Origin: Minisyncoccota bacterium
GTDB taxonomy: Bacteria; Patescibacteriota; Minisyncoccia; SW-4-49-11
Assembly: GCA_032117235.1 (NCBI GenBank)
Contig: JAULZW010000007.1
Location: 4,091-68,090 of the forward strand
Direction: 5' to 3'
DNA: 64,000 nucleotides
Positions within the stretch are counted from its first letter, which is position 1. The number at the start of each line of letters is the position of its first letter. Both the position numbers and the translations under genes were made by a program. The notes under the pieces were generated by a model. It was not told the DNA's origin and made no database searches. It was given only the letters and a program-made list of their open reading frames with translations. This document shows positions 19,532 to 28,781 of this stretch, in pieces.

Positions 19532-19544
19532 GAGCAACGAGGGC

Positions 19545-19970
19545 TCAGTGAAGAGAACCACAAGGAGCAGGTGCGTGGTGAACAGGCACGTTGCCCACCA
19601 GGGGTGGGCGTGACCGTTGACCCTGCTGGGAGCAGGTGGCGGGCTGAAGCCGAAGTTGCGTTCCAGCACCAACAAGCAAAACAGGATATCCGGTCTCCGG
19701 TTCAATGAACCGGGTGGCCCCAGGGAAGTTGATGTGGTTGTTGTTGGTCCACAGATCAGGACCGACCTCAACTCCTGCTGTCACCCGGCAACCGTTGTTG
19801 ACGCGGCAATAATGCTGCGCGGCGGATATCGATACGTAGGTTCTGGCCGTCGAGTTGAGAGGCCCCACAGCTACCCGGGGGTAGATTGCCTGAGCCCTGG
19901 CGGGGACGATGGTGGCGGAAGCCACCAGAACGCCGGTGATGATGGCATTGAACTTGGAACGTTTATTCAT
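19545..19970 (-). CDS. Small secreted Cys-containing hypothetical protein (141 aa, signal peptide MNKRSKFNAIITGVLVASATIVPARAQA). Foreign GC-rich codon usage.
   Basis: Sec signal with AXA site, 4 Cys in the mature part. Third codon positions are strongly C/G (atC acC gcC ttC...). Confidence 0.5.
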   Translation of the reverse strand: MNKRSKFNAIITGVLVASATIVPARAQAIYPRVAVGPLNSTARTYVSISAAQHYCRVNNGCRVTAGVEVGPDLWTNNNHINFPGATRFIEPETGYPVLLVGAGTQLRLQPATCSQQGQRSRPPLVGNVPVHHAPAPCGSLH

Positions 19971-19996
19971 GGCATTGCCACGAGGTTTACGAAAAC

Positions 19997-20025
19997 ACTA
20001 TAGCATATTTTATACATTTTGTCAA
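19997..20025 (-). promoter_or_regulatory. Near-consensus sigma70 promoter TTGACA-N17-TATAGT for the 19545..19970 gene.
   Basis: Minus-strand read: TTGACAaaatgtataaaatatgcTATAGT, 26 nt upstream of the ATG. Confidence 0.45.
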
Positions 20026-20036
20026 GAGTAAAGAGC

Positions 20037-20066
20037 AAAAAAAATACCGGCCCTCGAGAGAACCGG
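20037..20066 (-). terminator. Rho-independent terminator after the 20087..20614 gene (ACCGG-N12-CCGGT, then AUUUUUUUU).
   Basis: Read directly. Minus strand reads ACCGGttctctcgagggCCGGTATTTTTTTT. Confidence 0.5.
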
Positions 20067-20086
20067 TTTGAGAATATTGTTGACAC

Positions 20087-20614
20087 CTAGTTACACAGAA
20101 ACCTTACACGCCCATTGTCATATATACATCCACCTCTTCTATGCCAAGTTGGGGCGGGATGTCTCTCATAATTAGAAGGAGATCTGTTACCCCATGTATG
20201 ATTCGAGTAATTTATGAATATATGTGTTCTAGTACTTTCATTAAAGCCTCTATACCCATCACAGTGGCCTAAAATTTGTATAACTAAAGAACAAATATCA
20301 GAATATGGTCTAATTCCTGTTCTTATTATAATACCATTGTACTCAATCTTTTCTAGCCTGGGTTGATTATCATAGTAATTCTGATTATTCCCACTCCTAT
20401 AATGGTAATTTCTTCTATTTATTTCTCTACAATAGTTATTTTCTGGGCTACACCAATTTCCTTGTTGCCAATAACCATCGTTGGCAAGAACCGGAGCTGA
20501 TGGAATAATCCAAAATGACACTGCGAGACAAATGGATTTCAGAGAAGAAAGTTTCATTGGGGTTAATTCCCTAGAGAACAACTTCACCATAGCATAAATA
20601 GCAATATTTAGCAA
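20087..20614 (-). CDS. Small secreted Asn/Tyr/Arg/Cys-rich hypothetical protein with native AT-rich codon usage. Possible start at the internal Met (MKLSSLKSICLAVSFWIIPSAPVLA).
   Basis: ORF with a signal peptide. Low-complexity N/Y/R-rich mature region with 6 Cys. Confidence 0.45.
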   Translation of the reverse strand: MLNIAIYAMVKLFSRELTPMKLSSLKSICLAVSFWIIPSAPVLANDGYWQQGNWCSPENNYCREINRRNYHYRSGNNQNYYDNQPRLEKIEYNGIIIRTGIRPYSDICSLVIQILGHCDGYRGFNESTRTHIFINYSNHTWGNRSPSNYERHPAPTWHRRGGCIYDNGRVRFLCN

Positions 20615-20625
20615 TAGCTGTATTA

Positions 20626-21696
20626 TTATATTGTATCTAAAGCTTTATCTAAGCTAATTTTATAGCTATGATTTTGTATGTAATTTTGTATATTAGATTT
20701 TATAAACTCAACATCCTGGCTATTTAAGTTTATTATCTGTTTATCTAATTCTGAATTGATATTTTCTAATATTATACCTAGATTATAATCTTGTATATCT
20801 CTGCTCATACTATGATTATCAGTGGTTATAACTGGTAAGTTTAAGCTTAAATAGTCTTTGATCTTCCCTGGATCAGCGCATAGTATTTCTGGAGTATTCT
20901 CATATAGGGCTAGCCCATAGCTTATTTGATTTTTACTAATTATATCTATTGTCTCTTGCTCGGTCTGGAACCCGTATAGAGTGATATTATTGACCTGTGA
21001 GTCTAGAATTAATTGTTGTATTTCAGCATACAAATTTCCCTGCCCTATCAAATGCAAATGATAATCGGCGGGTAATTTAGCAAAAGTTTTGACTAATAAT
21101 CTCAGATTATGTCCTTCTTTAAAATTACCCATAAATAGAAACTGCTTTGGATTCGGCTCATATTCTGGCAAATTTTTAGATTTTATACCTAAGGGAACTG
21201 TAAATACTTGTACTCTATTCAAGTTTTTGTTCTGATGCTCCTGTATAATCTGCTTATTGACTGCCCAGACTATATCTGCTCTTATATAAGCTAATTTTTC
21301 TATTCTGTTTATTAAATATCTTGAAGAGAATATATTATTATAAAAATAATAATCATAAGCATAATAAATAATTTTAGCCTTTGGATAATATCTCTTCAGC
21401 GAGAGAGCGATTGAAGCCTCTAGCCAATCTATGGCTAAAATATAATCATAATCTGTATCAAATTGCTTAGAATTTAATAAAATTTTCTTAACTTTATTAT
21501 AATGCCCCCAATAATAAGAAAGTTTAGACTTATATACAGAGATATCTATATTACCTGTATGAGTGGAATAATAGTTTTGGGGATATTGGAGAGAAGGAAA
21601 AAGGAGATAATGCACTGTATGTCCTAAATCCTGAAAACCTTTAATAATATCCTCTGATTTAGCTATATACTGGCGACCCAATACTAAAGTTTTCAT
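20626..21696 (-). CDS. Glycosyltransferase (GT-B fold, GT1/GT4-like).
   Basis: 356 aa. The C-terminal half has the Rossmann-like GT-B pattern FLFMGNF...LHLIGQG...LPVITTD. Confidence 0.6.
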   Translation of the reverse strand: MKTLVLGRQYIAKSEDIIKGFQDLGHTVHYLLFPSLQYPQNYYSTHTGNIDISVYKSKLSYYWGHYNKVKKILLNSKQFDTDYDYILAIDWLEASIALSLKRYYPKAKIIYYAYDYYFYNNIFSSRYLINRIEKLAYIRADIVWAVNKQIIQEHQNKNLNRVQVFTVPLGIKSKNLPEYEPNPKQFLFMGNFKEGHNLRLLVKTFAKLPADYHLHLIGQGNLYAEIQQLILDSQVNNITLYGFQTEQETIDIISKNQISYGLALYENTPEILCADPGKIKDYLSLNLPVITTDNHSMSRDIQDYNLGIILENINSELDKQIINLNSQDVEFIKSNIQNYIQNHSYKISLDKALDTI

Positions 21697-21700
21697 ATTT

Positions 21701-23095
21701 TCAATTCTGCTGATTAAACTTATTTTGGAGCTGATTATAATGCAATACCCCTCCTAATAATAGGAATAATAACCACATCAAAACTGTGCCTCGGAGTAAA
21801 TTATCCCAAAAGCTCACAACATATATAATGGTCATCAAAACTGCTATTGTTAAAATATAGATATTTTTACCTTTTATATATCTATAGTACAATGTAAAAA
21901 GTATATTAATGATTATAGCTAAATATATTATCAAACCTATAATTCCTTGTTCTAAAAAGATTTTAATATAGTCATTATGTACTTCTACTGAGCCTCTATA
22001 AGTACCTCTAGTCTGCTCAATAATAGTCTCAGAGCTACCTGTCCCAAAACCTATAATTGGAGACTCTAAAGCTTTATTATAAGCATCCCGCCACATATTC
22101 AATCGCCATATAACTGAATCACTTGGATCAGAGTTAAACAAACCTGTTACTCTATTAATTACAGGTATTTTGCTTAATGAAGGCAAGTCTAGAATATTGG
22201 TTGAGGCCAAAAAATTATAAGTGAAAATTAAAACTATACTTAAAACAATTAATACTGAACTAATTTTAAGGGTTTTCAATGGATATTGAAACGAACTCAT
22301 TAAAAATACAAATAAAATAAGGCCGAACCAAGCACCTCTTGTGAAAGTTATCAATAAGACAATTACATATAAACATCCAATAATACCAAATATTTCTCTT
22401 TCTAATTTCAATATTTGATTATTTTTATAAAACCATATTACACTAATCAAGGCCAGTATAATTACCGAATAATAAGCTAATACATTAGGATGCCCAAAAG
22501 TAGCTGATATACGATTTTCAAAACCTGGATTAGTATACAGTCCACTGCCAGAAAAATATTCAATATAAGCAACAATTAATGGGATAATACTCCCATAGAT
22601 AATTACTCTAATGATATTAAAAAATTTATTTTGTTTATTCACATATATCCAACCCACAAAATACAATACTATAAAACTCAGAAGTCGAATTGTCTCTTGA
22701 AAACCAGCTAATTTAGAAATACCAGTTAAAGTTAGTCCTATATAAATAAATAATACTATTATTAAGCTTTTTATAAGTGGTATATTAGTATTATTAAATA
22801 TTGTCCTGTTTTTATAAATATATATAAAAGATATTATTATTGTAAAGATAGCAATACTAGGACTTAAAGTAATCATAGGCCAGTCTGGCAAACTCAAATA
22901 TCCAATAATATCTATAGATGGTCTTATAAAAATAAGTGTTAATAAAGCTGATTCCAATGAAACTAATATTAGTAATAACAATAGCCACATTATAATACTA
23001 AATAAAAATATAACTGGCGATATATCTAATACAATACAAAGCAGTAAATTGATACCTCCAAGTACCAATATAATTTTAGAATTTATTTGAGTCAT
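21701..23095 (-). CDS. O-antigen ligase / polymerase family membrane protein (Wzy_C domain).
   Basis: 464 aa with about 10-12 TM segments. TRGAWFGLILFVFLM motif within a large periplasmic loop, as in WaaL/Wzy. Confidence 0.6.
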   Translation of the reverse strand: MTQINSKIILVLGGINLLLCIVLDISPVIFLFSIIMWLLLLLILVSLESALLTLIFIRPSIDIIGYLSLPDWPMITLSPSIAIFTIIISFIYIYKNRTIFNNTNIPLIKSLIIVLFIYIGLTLTGISKLAGFQETIRLLSFIVLYFVGWIYVNKQNKFFNIIRVIIYGSIIPLIVAYIEYFSGSGLYTNPGFENRISATFGHPNVLAYYSVIILALISVIWFYKNNQILKLEREIFGIIGCLYVIVLLITFTRGAWFGLILFVFLMSSFQYPLKTLKISSVLIVLSIVLIFTYNFLASTNILDLPSLSKIPVINRVTGLFNSDPSDSVIWRLNMWRDAYNKALESPIIGFGTGSSETIIEQTRGTYRGSVEVHNDYIKIFLEQGIIGLIIYLAIIINILFTLYYRYIKGKNIYILTIAVLMTIIYVVSFWDNLLRGTVLMWLLFLLLGGVLHYNQLQNKFNQQN

Positions 23096-23828
23096 ATTCA
23101 GTATCTGGAGTAATGTTTGGGGTGTTTTCTGAGTCTAGAATTGGGTTATGCCCCATTGTTACATCATCTGGTATAGGCGGAGATACTATATCTTCAATTC
23201 CAAAATCATAAATAATAGTATTATCCTTCCGTGTTATAACATACCCTATCCCTACCATAAATCCTAGTATAGCTGAGCCGAATAAATTTACCAGAATATT
23301 GGGTCTTCCCACTCCTTCATATAAAGCTGGCTGATTAACTATTTGTACATTAGCTGTTTCACCAAGTAGTGATTTGGCCTGGTCTGTTAATTTGTTAACC
23401 ACAGTTTTGTTCATATTCAAAGCTAATTCAGAGGATTTGTCATAAGTATCTACTGAGATAAATCCTGAACCTAAAGCTCTTGTGACAATGTTTCTAGCAA
23501 ACAATGTTCTTCTGTCTTTTAAATTTTCTGGAAATAGATTCTTTATATTTGTATTTTCTGCAATAACATTAGTGAAAAACACATCCGTATAAACTAAATC
23601 TATTAACAAATTGACATTCGAGTCAATAGATCTCTGAGCGGTATAAGAGTCAATATTAGGATTGGCTTTTTGCAATAAAACTAATTTAGATTCAGCCTTA
23701 TACTGTTTTGGTAAAAGCAAAGTTATTATCAGACCAACTAGTATAAATAATAATGTTATAATTACAATTGTATTAAATTTTTTTGTAGTCTTGGCTGCTA
23801 TTTCATTTAAATTCATACCTGAATTCAT
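23076..23828 (-). CDS. Polysaccharide chain-length determinant (Wzz/Cap5A-like).
   Basis: 250 aa. N-terminal and C-terminal TM helices flank a soluble domain, with the C-terminal GxxxG-like GFMVGIGYVI. The 3' end overlaps the downstream gene by 20 nt. Confidence 0.5.
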   Translation of the reverse strand: MNSGMNLNEIAAKTTKKFNTIVIITLLFILVGLIITLLLPKQYKAESKLVLLQKANPNIDSYTAQRSIDSNVNLLIDLVYTDVFFTNVIAENTNIKNLFPENLKDRRTLFARNIVTRALGSGFISVDTYDKSSELALNMNKTVVNKLTDQAKSLLGETANVQIVNQPALYEGVGRPNILVNLFGSAILGFMVGIGYVITRKDNTIIYDFGIEDIVSPPIPDDVTMGHNPILDSENTPNITPDTEYDSNKF

Positions 23829-23898
23829 TATTATAATTTTATATTATATTATGAAATTATAATAACATAAAAACAGAATATAGCAAAATATATAAAAA

Positions 23899-23927
23899 TT
23901 GACTTTATCTTAAATTTATGATATTAT
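23899..23927 (+). promoter_or_regulatory. Candidate promoter TTGACT-N17-TATTAT for rpmE-prfA-prmC.
   Basis: Read directly, about 35 nt upstream of the rpmE start. Confidence 0.4.
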
Positions 23928-23960
23928 TTTAGACAATTACATATATTTAATGCAACTATT

Positions 23961-24182
23961 ATGAAATCTGGAATTCACCCTCAATACTCACATACAACTG
24001 TTAAATGTATTTCTTGTTCCACTGAGTTTAATATTGGAGCTGTAAGAGAAATAGGGTCAGTTGAAGTTTGTTCTAAATGTCATCCGTTTTATACTGGAAA
24101 AAGGACTCTTGTAGATACCGCTGGAAGAGTAGAAAAGTTCAGATCTAAGTTAGAGAAAAAGGAACAATTAGCTAATAAATAA
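23961..24182 (+). CDS. rpmE: 50S ribosomal protein L31.
   Basis: 73 aa, [10 protein letters not shown]-terminus, CxxC...CxxC Zn ribbon. Confidence 0.85.
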   Translation: MKSGIHPQYSHTTVKCISCSTEFNIGAVREIGSVEVCSKCHPFYTGKRTLVDTAGRVEKFRSKLEKKEQLANK

Positions 24183-24206
24183 TCTTTTCATTACTAAAGA
24201 CAATAT

Positions 24207-25250
24207 ATGAGTAATTCTTTAGTAGAACTCCAAAAAGAGTATTCTGACTTGTCTTTACAAATATCTGATCCCAAGATATTTGCTAGCCCAGATTTTGGTA
24301 ATATTTCAAAAAAACACACTGAAATTGGGCATAAAATTGAATTGTTAAAATCAATTGAAATACTAAAGTCAAAAATTCTAGAGTCTGAAAGTTTATTGCA
24401 AGATCCTGAATTAAAAGAAATGGCTGAGGAAGAGTTGATTCAACTCAAGCTTAAATTAGAGCAAAAAGAAGTAATATGGACTGAACTTATATCTCCTAAA
24501 GAGACTTTTGCTGATGAAATTATTATTGAATTAAGAGCAGGAGCTGGTGGTGATGAGGCTGGATTATTTGCTTTAGAATTATTCAAAGCCTATATTACAT
24601 TTTTACAGAAAAACGGAGCCAAAACTGAAATTTTGTCTATATCTGAGAATTCCGTAGGAGGACTAAAAGAAGTCATTGTAGAAGCCAGAGGGCCTGAAGT
24701 TTATAAATATCTGCAATATGAAAGTGGAGTTCATAGAGTGCAACGAGTTCCCAAAACTGAAAAAGCTGGGCGAGTACATACTTCTACTATCACTATGGCT
24801 GTATTACCAATAGCCAAGGAAGTTGACTTAGAAATAAATACCAATGATTTGAAAATTGATGTTTTCAGATCAAGTGGACCAGGAGGACAAAGTGTTAATA
24901 CCACTGACTCAGCTGTCAGAATAACTCATATTCCAACTAATATTGTAGTATCTTGTCAAGATGAAAAATCTCAACTAAAAAATAAAGACAAGGCAATGAA
25001 AATTTTACGAACTAGAATTTTAGCCCAAATGAAACAAGAGCAATTTGAAAAAGAAGCCGCTTTTCGTAAAAACCAAATTGGAACTGGAGATAGATCAGAG
25101 AAAATTAGAACTTATAATTTTCCGCAGGATAGAATTACTGATCACAGAATTAAACAGAATTTTTCTAATATTGAAGCTGTTTTATTAGGAGATTTTAGTG
25201 GTATTCTAGAAGCCTTAGATGAATATAAAAGAAATCAACCTACAGATTAA
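24207..25250 (+). CDS. prfA: Peptide chain release factor 1.
   Basis: 347 aa. GGQ motif ([11 protein letters not shown]). RF1-type tripeptide region VQRVPKTE (PxT class, not SPF). Confidence 0.9.
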   Translation: MSNSLVELQKEYSDLSLQISDPKIFASPDFGNISKKHTEIGHKIELLKSIEILKSKILESESLLQDPELKEMAEEELIQLKLKLEQKEVIWTELISPKETFADEIIIELRAGAGGDEAGLFALELFKAYITFLQKNGAKTEILSISENSVGGLKEVIVEARGPEVYKYLQYESGVHRVQRVPKTEKAGRVHTSTITMAVLPIAKEVDLEINTNDLKIDVFRSSGPGGQSVNTTDSAVRITHIPTNIVVSCQDEKSQLKNKDKAMKILRTRILAQMKQEQFEKEAAFRKNQIGTGDRSEKIRTYNFPQDRITDHRIKQNFSNIEAVLLGDFSGILEALDEYKRNQPTD

Positions 25251-26061
25251 ACAAGCTCTAAAAACTAAATCTCCAACTCCAGATTTGGATGCTAACTTAA
25301 TTTTGGAATATGTTTTGGGACTTAGTAAATTAGATATGATAATGCAAGAAAATCATATCTTGACAGATTTTGAATTAAAAGCTGTTAATCACTGTTTAAA
25401 ACTTAGATTAAATAAAATTCCTATAGCTTATATTTTAGGATATAAAGAATTTTATAGTAGAAAATTTATAGTAAATAACAATGTACTCATACCACGACCA
25501 GAAACTGAAGCAATTATAGATATAAGTAAACAGAATTTATCTGAAATAAAGAAACCAGTTATCTGGGAAATCGGTACTGGTAGTGGATGTATATCAATTA
25601 CTCTAAATCTAGAAATACCCAATTCCAAAATTATTGCTAGCGATATTTCTAAAAAAGCCTTACAGATTGCTAAAAATAATGATATAATATTAACAGGTAA
25701 GCAAAGTACTATAGTTTGGCTAGAAGGAGACTTATTATCCCCATTTAGACAACAAAAAACTGAACCTAATATAATTATTGCGAACTTACCTTATCTTGAC
25801 CAAAACCAATATACAGACGACTCTATTCTAGACGAACCTAATATAGCTCTCTACTCCGAACAACAAGGACTGGCTCATTATCTAAGGTTATTAGAAGAAA
25901 TAAAGAGTCGTTTTATAATAGTTCCTAAAATATTATTAGAAATTAACCCAGAACAAGTAAATACTTTAGAATCCCATATAAAGTCTTTAAGTAAAAGTTT
26001 AAAAATAAGCATTTATAAAGACTTGCAGGGATTAGACCGTCATCTTTTAATTGAGACCTAA
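25219..26061 (+). CDS. prmC: Release-factor glutamine N5-methyltransferase PrmC (HemK).
   Basis: 280 aa. SAM-binding IWEIGTGSG, substrate motif NLPY (NPPY variant). Directly downstream of and overlapping prfA. Confidence 0.75.
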   Translation: MNIKEINLQIKQALKTKSPTPDLDANLILEYVLGLSKLDMIMQENHILTDFELKAVNHCLKLRLNKIPIAYILGYKEFYSRKFIVNNNVLIPRPETEAIIDISKQNLSEIKKPVIWEIGTGSGCISITLNLEIPNSKIIASDISKKALQIAKNNDIILTGKQSTIVWLEGDLLSPFRQQKTEPNIIIANLPYLDQNQYTDDSILDEPNIALYSEQQGLAHYLRLLEEIKSRFIIVPKILLEINPEQVNTLESHIKSLSKSLKISIYKDLQGLDRHLLIET

Positions 26062-26097
26062 ATCAAATAATTAAGCGAAGAAAGGAGGTGAATAGAA

Positions 26098-26679
26098 GTG
26101 AGTGAAGAAAAGAAAATAACAGAAGATCAGAACACAGAAGAAGAAGGATTTTGGACTAAAAATATTATTTCAATATTGTTAATAGTATTTTTAATAGTAA
26201 GTGGAGTATATGCCTTTAATCAAGATACCGAGAAAAAAGATAAGACAGTAGAAGAAAAGGTAGAAGAGATTAAGAAAGAAGATAAGAAGGAACCCGAACA
26301 AGTAGGAGAAGAGATTAAAGACCAAGAAATTGCTGAAGACGATAAGGATGATGCCAAAAAAGAAGAGATGAGTACTGATATTCAGAAATCAGAGACAAAA
26401 ATTACTATCAAATCCAATACTGGAGATGGAGTAACTCATTTAGCTCGTAAAGCTATAGCTGAATATATCAAAGACAAAGATATAACTATATCAAAAGAGC
26501 AAAAGCTATATGTTGAAACAGTATTAAAGAATAAGTATTATCAACACCATCTTACTTTATCTCAAGAAGTAGAGTTTGAAGTAAGTGATTTAGAAGATAC
26601 AATACAAAAAGCTCAGAACTTATCAGAAAAAGAAATAAAAGCTTGGGGTAAATATAGTAATTTAGTAACATCACTATAA
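26098..26679 (+). CDS. Hypothetical membrane-anchored, Lys/Glu-rich protein (GTG start).
   Basis: 193 aa. SD GAAAGGAGGTG upstream of the GTG start, a single TM near the N-terminus. Confidence 0.45.
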   Translation: MSEEKKITEDQNTEEEGFWTKNIISILLIVFLIVSGVYAFNQDTEKKDKTVEEKVEEIKKEDKKEPEQVGEEIKDQEIAEDDKDDAKKEEMSTDIQKSETKITIKSNTGDGVTHLARKAIAEYIKDKDITISKEQKLYVETVLKNKYYQHHLTLSQEVEFEVSDLEDTIQKAQNLSEKEIKAWGKYSNLVTSL

Positions 26680-26709
26680 TAAATATAATATAACAAAAAA
26701 ATTAAAAAA

Positions 26710-26750
26710 TTCCCCTTAATTCTGTTTAGAGTAAGGGGAATTATTTTATT
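26710..26750. terminator. Bidirectional rho-independent terminator between convergent genes (TTCCCCTTA-N13-TAAGGGGAA, flanked by an A-run and a T-run).
   Basis: Perfect 9-bp stem read directly. Poly-A lies upstream and TTATTTTATTT downstream. Confidence 0.55.
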
Positions 26751-28104
26751 TACCTAATAATTCTTTAGTGCGTGATGCTTCTCTTAATACAGACTCAGCA
26801 TACCACATATTTTTGACATTACATCCACCAAGATAACATAAGGCAGCTTTTCGCTCTAATTCGTCATTCCCAGCAATAGACTGATCTCCAACTTTACCCA
26901 ATAAAACCATACCCATAGCCAGCATAGCATCCTCCATACTCCAAGGATTTACCGCCGTACCCTTCAATGATTTCAATTTAGCTTCATAACCAAGCCAAGT
27001 AGCTGGCATAATTTGAGCTGGTCCCATAGCTCCTCCAGTACCAATATATTTAGGGTAAGGACATCCAGATACAGGTTGAGTCAGCGGCACTCCAAGATCA
27101 GAAGTAATTTTTTCAAAAGATTGTTCTTCCCTTGCAAAGTTAAGTTTAGTTGTATTACCATCACGAGCAGCACAACCGCTCAAAGAATCTTTATAAAAAG
27201 ATCTCCCAACATTACCACCAAGACCTGATTCAATTTTCATTACTCCAACTAAATACTCTGGTCTAATTTTGTTACCAAGTCTAGCTGAATTAGCTGTGGC
27301 TAAAGAATACGCTTCTTCTAATGAAATAGCTCCCGGCCTTCCATCTGAACCTCCTAATACCTTAATACTATTCAATAAGTTTTGTTTGGTTGTAAATGAT
27401 TGTTTTAGTAAAGCTTCATATTCAGATTGTTGTCCTTTGGTTTGGGTTAATAAAGTTTCCTTATCTTCCTGAGTTTGTTGTAAGAGGCTTTTTTGTTTTT
27501 CTTGAGACTGTTTCAAATTCATCAACTCTTCTTCTTTGTCAAAGAGATGCTTTTTTTCGGACACAATTTCTTTTTCTTTAGCAGAAATTAGAGTGATAGA
27601 CTCAGTAATTGAATCTTGCATAACACCAGTTTTTTGAACAGACCCTAATAGATCAGATAATTGATCTTGGGACAAAACAACCTCAAATAAAGAAACATCT
27701 TTCTGTACATATAAGCTACTCACATATTCTCTAATCAAAGTCTTTTGAGCTCTAATTGTTTGCTCTAAAGTAGATATATACTTTCTAGTTTCACCTAATT
27801 CATCTTGAATCAACTCAATGTCTTTGTTAGTATTCTCTAAACTTTTTTGAGCAGAATCCATTTCTTTATCCAAAGAATCTATTTCTTTGGATAAGGTTCT
27901 AACCTGAACATCAGTTTCTTTTTTAGATTTATTTAAATCATTAATTTTAGTTAACTCCTGATCTAAATTTTTTCTAGTTTCTTCTAGTTTAGAGTTAGCC
28001 AATAAAGTAGATGCTGGATAAAATAAAAGTGAATAACCTAATATAGTAATAGTAGCTAAAGTCTGAACTTTATTGATTAGTTTTTTTTGATTTTTTTTAT
28101 TCAT
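26746..28104 (-). CDS. Secreted coiled-coil protein with a C-terminal lytic transglycosylase-like domain.
   Basis: 452 aa. N-terminal signal/TM and about 250 aa of heptad-rich sequence. C-terminal GAMGPAQIMPATW resembles the MltB/Slt catalytic-region motif (AGAMGPMQFMPSTW). Confidence 0.55.
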   Translation of the reverse strand: MNKKNQKKLINKVQTLATITILGYSLLFYPASTLLANSKLEETRKNLDQELTKINDLNKSKKETDVQVRTLSKEIDSLDKEMDSAQKSLENTNKDIELIQDELGETRKYISTLEQTIRAQKTLIREYVSSLYVQKDVSLFEVVLSQDQLSDLLGSVQKTGVMQDSITESITLISAKEKEIVSEKKHLFDKEEELMNLKQSQEKQKSLLQQTQEDKETLLTQTKGQQSEYEALLKQSFTTKQNLLNSIKVLGGSDGRPGAISLEEAYSLATANSARLGNKIRPEYLVGVMKIESGLGGNVGRSFYKDSLSGCAARDGNTTKLNFAREEQSFEKITSDLGVPLTQPVSGCPYPKYIGTGGAMGPAQIMPATWLGYEAKLKSLKGTAVNPWSMEDAMLAMGMVLLGKVGDQSIAGNDELERKAALCYLGGCNVKNMWYAESVLREASRTKELLGK

Positions 28105-28121
28105 ATTGTGATATTGAGGGT

Positions 28122-28781
28122 TTATTCTGCCTTAGTGTCTTTAGAATTCTTATCGGCTTGAGATTTTTCAAGAGCATCTAATTCTTCTTTAGTCATTTCT
28201 GGTTCTTCTTCCAGCTGAGGAGCTTCAGTCATTGCAATCAATTCATCTCCATCCAACAAAGCCTCAACACCATTTGGTAAATCTAAATCACTAACTCGAA
28301 TTACATCTTCTATATTAGCTAATTTAGATAAATCAACAATAATATGCTCGGGTAAATCTTGAGGGAAAGCCTTTACTTCAATTTCTTGATGTATTTTTAG
28401 TAAAGTGTTTCCAGCTTTCTCAGACTGAGAAACACCTTCAAATTCAAGAGCAACAGGAGTTTCAACTTCTTCATTTAAGTCAGGTGCAAAAAAGTCAACA
28501 GATAGGATTTCAGCTTTTAGAGGGTTTTTCTGAATATCTTTTAACAAAGTAGGATAAGTTTTCTTACCCAAAACTACATTCACTAGACTAGATTCTTCAA
28601 TACCAGATAATAGTTTATCTAAATCTAAGGCATTAACTTGAATTAATTCTGGCTTAGACTGTCCCAAACCACTACCGTACAAAACACCAGGCACCATACC
28701 TTGTGATCTTAAAATAGATGTTTTTTTACTACCTACTTGTTCTCTTTTTTCTACAACGATTGAAAATACTTCTTTTTTCAT
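28122..28781 (-). CDS. rplY: 50S ribosomal protein L25 / general stress protein Ctc.
   Basis: 219 aa. N-terminal L25 fold sequence (RSQGMVPGVLYG) plus an acidic C-terminal extension. Confidence 0.8.
   Translation of the reverse strand: MKKEVFSIVVEKREQVGSKKTSILRSQGMVPGVLYGSGLGQSKPELIQVNALDLDKLLSGIEESSLVNVVLGKKTYPTLLKDIQKNPLKAEILSVDFFAPDLNEEVETPVALEFEGVSQSEKAGNTLLKIHQEIEVKAFPQDLPEHIIVDLSKLANIEDVIRVSDLDLPNGVEALLDGDELIAMTEAPQLEEEPEMTKEELDALEKSQADKNSKDTKAE

Noticed and set aside
25219-25250. Possible frameshift or pseudogene at the prfA/prmC 32-nt overlap.
   Set aside because: Both reading frames are intact with conserved motifs on either side. The overlap is consistent with translational coupling or a slightly downstream prmC start.
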